From positions 1 to 64,000 of IMG/VR virus record IMGVR_UViG_3300034105_002043: a DNA stretch of 64,000 bases; one strand, 5' to 3'. Source of the stretch: a virus. The position numbers and the translations under genes were made by a program. The notes beneath the pieces were generated by a model that was not told where the DNA came from, made no database searches, and was given only the letters and a program-made list of their open reading frames with translations. This document shows, piece by piece, positions 44,861 through 53,395 of this stretch; position 1 is the stretch's first letter; every line of letters begins with the position of its first letter.

Positions 44861-46539
44861 TATATAATAAATTTATTTAGTAATTCGTTTTTCATTTCAG
44901 TAAAAATAAGGTCTATGTTTTTTTCTTTATTTAGAGTTTCTACGTTTTTTTCAATCGTATTTAACTGATAAACTAACGTGTCAATACTTGTTTCATTTTC
45001 AATAATTAATTCATCTGTACCCGCCACATTTACATTTAAAACGACTTTATCGACTGAATTTCCTTTACCGAATTTTATTACAACGTCTTTTAAATCTTTT
45101 TTTGTAAGATACAAATCTAACAATTTATTTTCGTTTTTTAATTTTTGGTAAGTATAATATTTTAAGTTAGTTAACACAACGTCAACAATTAAATTATTAC
45201 GTCTTTTTTTGTCTTCTACTTCATTCAAATATGGCTTATCTATATCGTTAGATTTTTTTGCTATTTGAAACTTCAAATCTTCTATTTGCTTATTAATATT
45301 TGCAAACATATTTAAAGGTAATTCATATTGTTGTTGGTCATCAACTTGCAATACTTCGGTATTATTTAAAGCCCCCATCATCACATAAATTTGATTTTCC
45401 AAATCTGCAATTTGTTTTTTAAAATCTTCAATTACGAACAAATCGGCATTGTCTTTTTTCTTCTTTTTCTCCATTGCTTCCAAAATAACTTTTCTATCCG
45501 CAATTCCCTCACTACAAATTCTGATTTCTCTTTCCAAATCGTTTTCACGTTGCTCTTGCTCTTGTTCTTGTTGGCTTTGACCTTGTTCTTGACCCTGACC
45601 TTGTCCTTGTCCCTGACCTTGTCCTTGTCCTTGTCCTTGACCCTGACCTTGCCCCTGACCTTGTCCTTGTCCTTGACCTTGACCCTGACCTTGTCCTTGA
45701 CCTTGCCCCTGACCTTGTCCTTGTCCTTGACCTTGCCCCTGACCTTGTCCTTGACCTTGCCCCTGACCTTGTCCTTGTCCTTGACCTTGTCCTTGACCTT
45801 GTCCTTGTCCTTGACCTTGTCCTTGTCCTTGACCTTGACCTTGACCTTGTCCTTGTTCTTGTCCTTGACCTTGACCTTGTCCTTGACCCTGACCCTGACC
45901 CTGACCCTGACCTTGACCTTGCCCTTGACCTTGACCCTGACCTTGTCCTTGTCCTTGTCCTTGTCCTTGACCTTGACCTTGTCCTTGACCCTGACCCTGA
46001 CCCTGACCCTGACCTTGACCTTGCCCTTGACCTTGACCCTGACCCTGACCCTGACCTTGACCTTGCCCTTGACCTTGACCCTGACCTTGCCCTTGTCCTT
46101 GACCTTGACCTTGACCTTGACCTTGCCCCGAAGCCAAATTGCTTTCAATTTGATTTAAAATATCAGAGAAACCACTTCCGTTATTAGGCATCTCTACACC
46201 ATTTCCTCCTACCTGTGTAGAATGTGGGTTTTCCTGTAAAGAATTTAATAAATTATGTAATTGCTCTTCCTCTTTCTCTTGTCTATAAGTTCCTGAATAA
46301 GAAGTTTCATCTACGCTTGAAATATCATTATAAATTCTTTGGAATATTTGTGATGCTTGATATTCGTCTTTTGGTACGGGTAAACCTGCGGAAACGAACA
46401 TTTTGTCAATTTCCTGTTTAGGCGTAGATTGAACAAATAAATCAACTGCTCTATCGGTAGTTACATAATTTTTGTAATCTCCAAAAGGAATTTGATTATA
46501 CGCTAATAAACTCGCTAATAACTGTTTTTCTTCTTCCAT
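44860..46539 (-). CDS. Protein with central (Gly-Gln)~90 tract and coiled coil
   Basis: 559-aa ORF, coupled to AAA gene. Confidence 0.8.
   Translation of the reverse strand: MEEEKQLLASLLAYNQIPFGDYKNYVTTDRAVDLFVQSTPKQEIDKMFVSAGLPVPKDEYQASQIFQRIYNDISSVDETSYSGTYRQEKEEEQLHNLLNSLQENPHSTQVGGNGVEMPNNGSGFSDILNQIESNLASGQGQGQGQGQGQGQGQGQGQGQGQGQGQGQGQGQGQGQGQGQGQGQGQGQGQGQGQGQGQGQGQGQGQGQGQGQGQGQGQGQGQGQGQGQEQGQGQGQGQGQGQGQGQGQGQGQGQGQGQGQGQGQGQGQGQGQGQGQGQGQGQGQGQGQGQGQGQGQGQGQGQGQGQGQGQGQGQGQGQEQGQSQQEQEQEQRENDLEREIRICSEGIADRKVILEAMEKKKKKDNADLFVIEDFKKQIADLENQIYVMMGALNNTEVLQVDDQQQYELPLNMFANINKQIEDLKFQIAKKSNDIDKPYLNEVEDKKRRNNLIVDVVLTNLKYYTYQKLKNENKLLDLYLTKKDLKDVVIKFGKGNSVDKVVLNVNVAGTDELIIENETSIDTLVYQLNTIEKNVETLNKEKNIDLIFTEMKNELLNKFII
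45578..46128. repeat. Hexamer tandem repeat encoding (GQ)n
   Basis: ccttga/ccttgt/ccctga/ccttgc units; variation nearly all synonymous. Confidence 0.95.
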
Positions 46540-46546
46540 TTTTTTA

Positions 46547-49500
46547 TTAATTTACTTTTCCTCCTTTTTCAAATCTCCAATCATCTAACGAACCGTCAAA
46601 CAACATCGCATCAACCAATTTAACTTGGCTTGAATTAAACACGGCGGTTGCTTTAGTTACATTTTCAACCATTTCTCCTGATTCATTTATTATCATATCG
46701 CTTGGATTATTTTCATAGTAAATAAAACCGTCATAAGTTGTATTATCTCTGATGTGCTTATTCAATTCAGGGAATTGTCTAATTACATACCAAGCCCTGA
46801 AGTTTCTTCCAATTAACTGATTATTCATAATTGCCATAGCAACATTAGGAGGTAATACGTCATATATTTTAGCAAGAGGATATAAAGTATCAATGTATTG
46901 TATAATATCTCTTAAATCAACTTCTTCAACCCCAAAAGGAGTTAAGTCAATTGGGTTTTTAACATTCACAAAACATTGTGTTAAATAATCTCCTTGTTTT
47001 TGATATGGACTGTCTGTTGAACTAAACCATTCAGCATAACTTCTGTTTTCAGCCAAATAAAGAACACCATTACTTACTTGTCTGTAAGAATATTTGATAC
47101 GTTTTGCCCCGTGATACATAACGCAAGGCTTACCACTTTCGGTTAAAACTTTACTAACGTAATCATAATCTTTTGTAACTAACGCTTTTTCCCAATCCCC
47201 AAACCAATTTTTGAAATTTTCAGTATAAATTACTGTGTCTATTTCTTGTTGAGGAACTTCGTTAATCATTATCTCTCCTTTTCCAAGTTCTTTCCAATCT
47301 TCTCCTTTTTCCAATCTGTCAATTACTTTTGACAAAATATAAAAAGCACCACCGTTTTTCAATTCAGTAATTCTTGTTATTTCTTTTTGGACTTCAGTTA
47401 TTTTCTTCATTAACTCAATACGCTCATACATAAAAGAACTTTCAGGAGTAAAACTCAAAGCAAGTTCGTATTCCTCTTTTACCTCTTTTAATAATTGTAA
47501 ATTTTCTTCGTACTTCTTCGTATTGTATTTTTTAGATGCTTGAGAAGCAATTCCCTCTAAAACACCAACTGCTTTTTTCAAATCATCAATTTCTTGAACC
47601 GAACCTAAAGCACCGCTTACAGTAGGCGTTTGAGTCTTTTTAGAGTTTGAGAAAAATTCTGTAAAATTTAAACCTTTATTATAAACAGTAAGATTGTCCA
47701 TTATATTGATTTTTTCTTCATCATCTGTTAAAAGGTCAAATGTTGTTTCTTCTGTTGCTAAACTTAATTCTCCATACTCTATTTCGTTATCAGTAAATAT
47801 GCTTAATTTAACCTTGTCGTCAAATTCATCTATATTTGTAACTAAATCTTTTAAAATTTTAAAAAATTCTTCAAAATTTTCCGCAGTTTTTTGATATGCT
47901 ACTGAAGTATTATTTTTTTGATTTACATATAACTTTATTTTGTTAACAACAGGTTCTTTCATAGTTGTTGAAGCAGGTAAACCAATACCTAAATCTGATG
48001 GGAATATTTCTTTATAACCATCTATTAAGTCATACTCTTTTTTAATTCCACTCCAAACTACAAAATCTTTAGGATATATAACTATATAAACATCTTGAGA
48101 ATAGTCTTTATTACCAACAGAAGAGTCAATAGGAATACCAATTTCTATAAGTTTATCTATTACCTTATCTCTTAATTCAACATCATCTCCAATCCATATT
48201 CTTGTTTCTTTTAAATCGTCTTTTGATAAAGCAGGTAGATTAGTAATTTGACTTCCGCTTAAAGGAATTACGTCTTCAAAAAACTTGTCAAAATTAATAC
48301 CGTCAATCCACTCTTCAGTAACAGATTTTATTTGCTCATTTGTTCTTGTGCTTGGTTTAAAGTATTTTTCTCCAATAGTAAAATAATCATTTTTCTCAAA
48401 TTCATTTCCGTCATTATCTTTAGCGTAGGCTCTAATAGTAAGTTCAACATCTTTACCGTTACTATTTTTTTCAATGTCTTTTAACGATGATATGAAAGTT
48501 TGACCCGAACCTCCACCACCATAACCCGTAATGAAAGTTTGAATTTCGTTCATTCCATTTTGATTCGCCCAAAGTAGAGTAACCTGTGACGCTTCATAAG
48601 GTGCTAAATTAGAACCTTGATTTATCGGAGTAGAACTCATTTTTTTAAGACCTGAATAATCATCAAAACTTAAATTAGGATAACTTGTAATTAAAAATGT
48701 AGATATAGCATCTTTAGCATCATCTTCAGACAAAAACTCTAAAATATTTTTCCAAAAATTATCATATATGTCTATACCCTTTGCATCAGTATTATAAAAA
48801 TAATAATCTTTCCCGATTGGCAAAATTGAAACCGAACTAAATTTATTATAGTCCACATACAATATTTTTAAAAAATCATATAGTTGTTTTATTGAATATT
48901 TTCTTTTAGACCCTGTATTTCCTGTACTATCGTTTTTATACCCAACTGCTACTTGAAATACTTCTTTATTGGTAGCAGGTGCTTGAGATGAAGCCGAAGT
49001 TGAAACATTAGCATTAGTAGAACTAACAAAATTTGAAAAGAATTCAGTCCAATCATAATTTTCAAAAGCACGATTCAACTCAAATATTTCTTTTAATTTT
49101 TCATATTTAGGTTCTAAACCTGCATTACGATTATAATACATAGAACTCAAAGGGTCTTTCATTTCAACTCTGATATAATCTCCACCACCATTCGGGTTAA
49201 TATAAAAGTAAATTTCGTCCTGACCAACAGTTGTAGTGTCAAGATAAAGTCGTACTTTTTCAATGTCTGAAAAACTTGCTCCATTTTCAACATACAGTCT
49301 TTCAACTTTTGGTTTGGCGGAAGCGGTAGTAGTCTGTGTTGATTTTCTAATAAATTCAGAAAAATCTAATTCAGGAAAATTACCAAACTCTAACTCACTC
49401 ATAAATTCTGCTTCAGCATCTTCAAAAGAATTATTCAAAACTATTTCTTTTAAACGGTCTGTAATAATAGAACTACCTACTACAAAATTACTACCTAAAG

Positions 49501-52500
49501 GCTGAATATTGATGAATTCTAATTTCAAGCCGTATGCTTCTTTTAATAAATTGAAAAGTTCTTCAGGCGTTTTTAATATTTTCTCCTCTAAAGACAAGCC
49601 TGTTTCTTTCCAACCAATCATTACACTTTCAACTATTGGTTTATTTTTAGTTGGCGATTTAATTCCAAATATCTCCGATTCAGTTATTTTTCTTTTAGGG
49701 CTATTATTAAAACTTTTTGGATTATTACCATAAGAAATACTTGTTTTTGTAAAATATAAATAATTAAAATTATTGTAATCAATAGTTTTTCCTCCAACAT
49801 TTTCCCATTCCCAACCATCTTCAAATGCTTTCTTCTGAACCTTAACTGATAATTCAGGATTATTTGAAACATCTATTTTAGTCATAGAAAAATCAAATGG
49901 TTTTGTCGAAGTTAAAGCATTAGAAGTTGATGACGCAACACCCATATTTGTTACATCAATCCCTAAATCTGACGGAAAAATTTCTTTTCGCATTGTATCT
50001 TCATCAAATTCTTCTTTACTCTCTTTGTAAACAACAAAATCATAACCAAAAATATTTATATCTATGTTTTTATCTGCATTAGGGTTGCCATTAATATTGT
50101 CAAACGGAATTCCAATTTCTTGAAGTTTAGCAATTACCTTATCTCTTAATTCAACATTGTCGCCAATCCAAATTCTACTATTGTACAACTCTTCTTTTGT
50201 TAGAGGGGTTTTAGCAGAAGTTGAAGCAGTTGCTTGAGGTTGTGCTAAATTTGGAATTGGCAAGTCTTTTGAGATAATATCTTTCATTTTAGATAATGCC
50301 TCAAGACCTTGATAAAAAACTATTTTACGTTGATACCTTTTAGTAACCTTTTCTTCTATTAATGTTATCGCAGGAATATTAGTTGATACTTCAAAAATTC
50401 CGTTTGCTATTTTACCTGCTATAACTTTAGTTAAACATATTTGCTCTTTTATGTTTGCAAAAGTGTTTACTAACCAATCCGAACCTCTCCAATCACGAAT
50501 ATAAATTTGTTGTGAGAAACTACCATAAAAGTCTTTTTTAACAGGTAACAGTATAACAGGTATTTCTTGCCCCGTAGGCGTTTTAACTAATTCCTGAACT
50601 GAATTGTTTAAAATTACGGGCATTATTGTTTCAGGTTGAAGAAGTTGATTAACATTTACTCCTAAACCTTGTAATTTAGCAATCGCATTTGGGTCAAGAC
50701 CTCCGCCATTAGCGAAATCACTTTCAATAATATCAACTGAATCGCCCTCTATATTTGCATCAATAGGTGTTATTCCGCCGTTATCATAACTACCTGTTTC
50801 AACAAATTTCAATAAATCAGAAAGATTTTCTATATCATCTAAATTCTTTTTATCGTTAGTCCCAAGAACATAATAGTTATAACACCAAACAAAATCACTT
50901 ATTCCCTTTTTAAAAGAAGTCATAAAGTCTTGTTTACCACTAACGTTAACGGCTAAATAAGGGTGTATCTTTAAAGTTGTCGTTCTGTCTTTAGTAAAAT
51001 CTGTACTTCCGTCAGGTCTAAAAGGAAAATCGTCTTGTTTGTATTTAATACTTAAAGCACCCCAACCGTATAAGTGAACAGTACCCTCTGAAATTGGATT
51101 ACCATAACCCGTTGACATATAAACAGAATTTGCAAAAGCATCTGATTGTATGTAATCTAATGTTTCTTCTAAATTTTCAAACTTTTTACTTGGGAAATTT
51201 CTTGAACTGAAAACATCAAATCTTGGTTTTGATTGGTTTTTGTTTTTCTCGTAATACTCTTTATCGTATTTCAAAGAGAATAAAATATTTTCTGCCTTTT
51301 CTTGTGATACGCCTAATTTTTTTGAAATTACGCCAACCGCTTCTAACTCTTTTATTTTATCTGCTTCTTCCTTTATTCTTTGAGAAATGTATCTATTATT
51401 TCCTCTACCAACTTTAAGTTTTGCAAAATACTTTTCAGGTAAACGGAAAACTAATTCTCCATCATTAGCCAACATATCGTAATCAAGTATTGTTACGGTA
51501 TTAAATTTGTCGCCAAACTCGGTACTTGCATACAACTTACCTATGTTTTTAGAATTAAATTTTGCCGAAGCGTCTTTGAGCATTTTGTAATCCTCTTCTT
51601 GTTGGTCTTCCGATACAGAATAGCCATATTTACCCCACTCCAAAGCAACACCGTAATCTATTTGGTCTTCGTCATAAATGCCTTTGTAGTGTGAATTATC
51701 GGTAAATGATAGAAATTCTTTTTCAATGTTTTTTAAATTGCCTTTAGTAACTAATCCGCCTTTAGCAAAAGCCAAACCGCTTTCCATTCCAACCATTCCG
51801 TCTGCTTCTAAATCCATAACGTCATTATAGTTATTCAAATCTCTTGCAGGAGTATCTCCTTTTTTAGATTTCTCAACCAATTCTTGTCTTTGGATATGTC
51901 CGCCCATTTTAAGCCCTGCTTTTTGAAGAATAGTGTAGTAATTAGGGTTTTCTACTAAATGGTCTTTAGCAACTCTTGTACGCTCTTTAAAATCAGCAAA
52001 GTGTTCTTTCTCTACCTCCAAGCCTTTTGCAAGTTCTTCGTTTATGTGGGTCAAAGAAACATTGTGCATTTCAGCAATTTGCTTTAATGATTTACCACTT
52101 GATAAATGACCTCCCTGTTTGAATTTACCTGATTCTTCAAATTGCTTACCCTCTTCTGTGGCATCAACAAAAATAACGTCCTCTTTTGAAAGACCTAAAT
52201 CTGTTCTAACGGTATTTATCATAAAAGAGTTAAGTCCTTGTCTTTGGAAGTCGGGTCTTACCGTCATCATTTGAACGTAAAGTTTATTTTCTGCTTCACT
52301 AAAAAAACATTCAATAATACCAATTAAATGCTCCGCACCCTTATTGGCTTTTTGATATTTTTTTGTCCAAACCTGTTTTAATGGAGGCACAAAATCTTTA
52401 TGAAATTGAGCGTATTTTATAGCAAACGGGAAGAACAAGAAATCAAACTCTTGGTTGTTCAATTTTTCAATAGCGTTTGGAATATCATAAACCCAAAAAT

Positions 52501-53392
52501 AAATCTTGTTTTTTGGTAGTAAAAAATTACCTGTCTTCTCTCTATAAAACACAGATGAATATCTATCAGAGTCAAAATTTTTAGAATAGTCTTCATCTAT
52601 TTCCTCAACCATTGTTTCCCCGCCTAACTTAAATTTGTTCTTTTTAGAGAACTTTGATATTTGGTTTGAGTCTTCAACATAGTAAGTTTTCATAGTTTTT
52701 CTACCCTTTGAGTAGGCATTGTTCATTCTATGATTACCGTCAATTAAAACCTCTTCGCCACTTTCTGTGAGAACAGTAATACCATTTGGTTTTCTGAAAT
52801 CTATTTTGTGGTTTTCTGCATAATTTTTATCGTACACAGGATACTTCATTGGGAATGTTTCAACCTCTTTAGTTTTTAAACGAAGTTTGCCTTTTTTGAT
52901 AGCATTATAGATTGCATCTACGTCATAGGTTGTATCTCCTGAAGAAAACTGTTGTTTACCTTTTTTTAAGGTAGAGTTCATACCTAAAGAGTTTGCTATG
53001 TCAGTATCTTTAACTACTTTTCCGCCTAATTTATACTCACAATCTGTTGTGTGTATTTTAGCAGGAATATCTCCACCGTTAGCAAAAGAAACTCCACCCC
53101 CTTTTTCGTTAATAGCCGAAAGGATTTCACGATTAGTCATCATTTTACCCTCAAACTCACGTTTGGTTTGGTCGCTTACGGCAGGAGCAGTAATAACTAC
53201 CTCGCCACCCTGCATTTCTAAAGGCTGACCTGTTGCTTTGTTTACGGCTTTTATACCTCCGTCTTTATGTAATTTACCAACCAAGTAACCCGACATAGTT
53301 CCCTTGTCGTGAATAATTGTTTGACCTTCTTTTTTTCCAACTAAAACTCCACCCGCAGGTGTATTTTCTGCTTTTTCTTCGTTTATATTCAT
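46547..53392 (-). CDS. Giant polyvalent protein: ParB-like, GNAT, DUF5661-like, internal repeats, C-terminal ART-PolyVal ADP-ribosyltransferase-like domain
   Basis: LIDGNHR; VRPDFQRQG; GLEVEKEH...KDHLVENPNYY; RIWIGD.VELRDKVI x2; FKNWFGDWE...MYHG...KNP...YDG...FNSSQVK; about 9 PhixxGG motifs. Confidence 0.75.
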   Translation of the reverse strand: MNINEEKAENTPAGGVLVGKKEGQTIIHDKGTMSGYLVGKLHKDGGIKAVNKATGQPLEMQGGEVVITAPAVSDQTKREFEGKMMTNREILSAINEKGGGVSFANGGDIPAKIHTTDCEYKLGGKVVKDTDIANSLGMNSTLKKGKQQFSSGDTTYDVDAIYNAIKKGKLRLKTKEVETFPMKYPVYDKNYAENHKIDFRKPNGITVLTESGEEVLIDGNHRMNNAYSKGRKTMKTYYVEDSNQISKFSKKNKFKLGGETMVEEIDEDYSKNFDSDRYSSVFYREKTGNFLLPKNKIYFWVYDIPNAIEKLNNQEFDFLFFPFAIKYAQFHKDFVPPLKQVWTKKYQKANKGAEHLIGIIECFFSEAENKLYVQMMTVRPDFQRQGLNSFMINTVRTDLGLSKEDVIFVDATEEGKQFEESGKFKQGGHLSSGKSLKQIAEMHNVSLTHINEELAKGLEVEKEHFADFKERTRVAKDHLVENPNYYTILQKAGLKMGGHIQRQELVEKSKKGDTPARDLNNYNDVMDLEADGMVGMESGLAFAKGGLVTKGNLKNIEKEFLSFTDNSHYKGIYDEDQIDYGVALEWGKYGYSVSEDQQEEDYKMLKDASAKFNSKNIGKLYASTEFGDKFNTVTILDYDMLANDGELVFRLPEKYFAKLKVGRGNNRYISQRIKEEADKIKELEAVGVISKKLGVSQEKAENILFSLKYDKEYYEKNKNQSKPRFDVFSSRNFPSKKFENLEETLDYIQSDAFANSVYMSTGYGNPISEGTVHLYGWGALSIKYKQDDFPFRPDGSTDFTKDRTTTLKIHPYLAVNVSGKQDFMTSFKKGISDFVWCYNYYVLGTNDKKNLDDIENLSDLLKFVETGSYDNGGITPIDANIEGDSVDIIESDFANGGGLDPNAIAKLQGLGVNVNQLLQPETIMPVILNNSVQELVKTPTGQEIPVILLPVKKDFYGSFSQQIYIRDWRGSDWLVNTFANIKEQICLTKVIAGKIANGIFEVSTNIPAITLIEEKVTKRYQRKIVFYQGLEALSKMKDIISKDLPIPNLAQPQATASTSAKTPLTKEELYNSRIWIGDNVELRDKVIAKLQEIGIPFDNINGNPNADKNIDINIFGYDFVVYKESKEEFDEDTMRKEIFPSDLGIDVTNMGVASSTSNALTSTKPFDFSMTKIDVSNNPELSVKVQKKAFEDGWEWENVGGKTIDYNNFNYLYFTKTSISYGNNPKSFNNSPKRKITESEIFGIKSPTKNKPIVESVMIGWKETGLSLEEKILKTPEELFNLLKEAYGLKLEFINIQPLGSNFVVGSSIITDRLKEIVLNNSFEDAEAEFMSELEFGNFPELDFSEFIRKSTQTTTASAKPKVERLYVENGASFSDIEKVRLYLDTTTVGQDEIYFYINPNGGGDYIRVEMKDPLSSMYYNRNAGLEPKYEKLKEIFELNRAFENYDWTEFFSNFVSSTNANVSTSASSQAPATNKEVFQVAVGYKNDSTGNTGSKRKYSIKQLYDFLKILYVDYNKFSSVSILPIGKDYYFYNTDAKGIDIYDNFWKNILEFLSEDDAKDAISTFLITSYPNLSFDDYSGLKKMSSTPINQGSNLAPYEASQVTLLWANQNGMNEIQTFITGYGGGGSGQTFISSLKDIEKNSNGKDVELTIRAYAKDNDGNEFEKNDYFTIGEKYFKPSTRTNEQIKSVTEEWIDGINFDKFFEDVIPLSGSQITNLPALSKDDLKETRIWIGDDVELRDKVIDKLIEIGIPIDSSVGNKDYSQDVYIVIYPKDFVVWSGIKKEYDLIDGYKEIFPSDLGIGLPASTTMKEPVVNKIKLYVNQKNNTSVAYQKTAENFEEFFKILKDLVTNIDEFDDKVKLSIFTDNEIEYGELSLATEETTFDLLTDDEEKINIMDNLTVYNKGLNFTEFFSNSKKTQTPTVSGALGSVQEIDDLKKAVGVLEGIASQASKKYNTKKYEENLQLLKEVKEEYELALSFTPESSFMYERIELMKKITEVQKEITRITELKNGGAFYILSKVIDRLEKGEDWKELGKGEIMINEVPQQEIDTVIYTENFKNWFGDWEKALVTKDYDYVSKVLTESGKPCVMYHGAKRIKYSYRQVSNGVLYLAENRSYAEWFSSTDSPYQKQGDYLTQCFVNVKNPIDLTPFGVEEVDLRDIIQYIDTLYPLAKIYDVLPPNVAMAIMNNQLIGRNFRAWYVIRQFPELNKHIRDNTTYDGFIYYENNPSDMIINESGEMVENVTKATAVFNSSQVKLVDAMLFDGSLDDWRFEKGGKVN

Positions 53393-53395
53393 TTT

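Noticed and set aside
45391-46158. (LT/LS)n ORF 45391..46158 (+) and (VK/DK)n ORF 45432..46148 (-)
   Set aside because: Alternative frames of the GQ hexamer repeat; third-position variation is synonymous only in the GQ frame
49684-49872. Short same-strand out-of-frame ORFs (49684..49872, 353..553)
   Set aside because: Nested in longer genes, with no motif or initiation support
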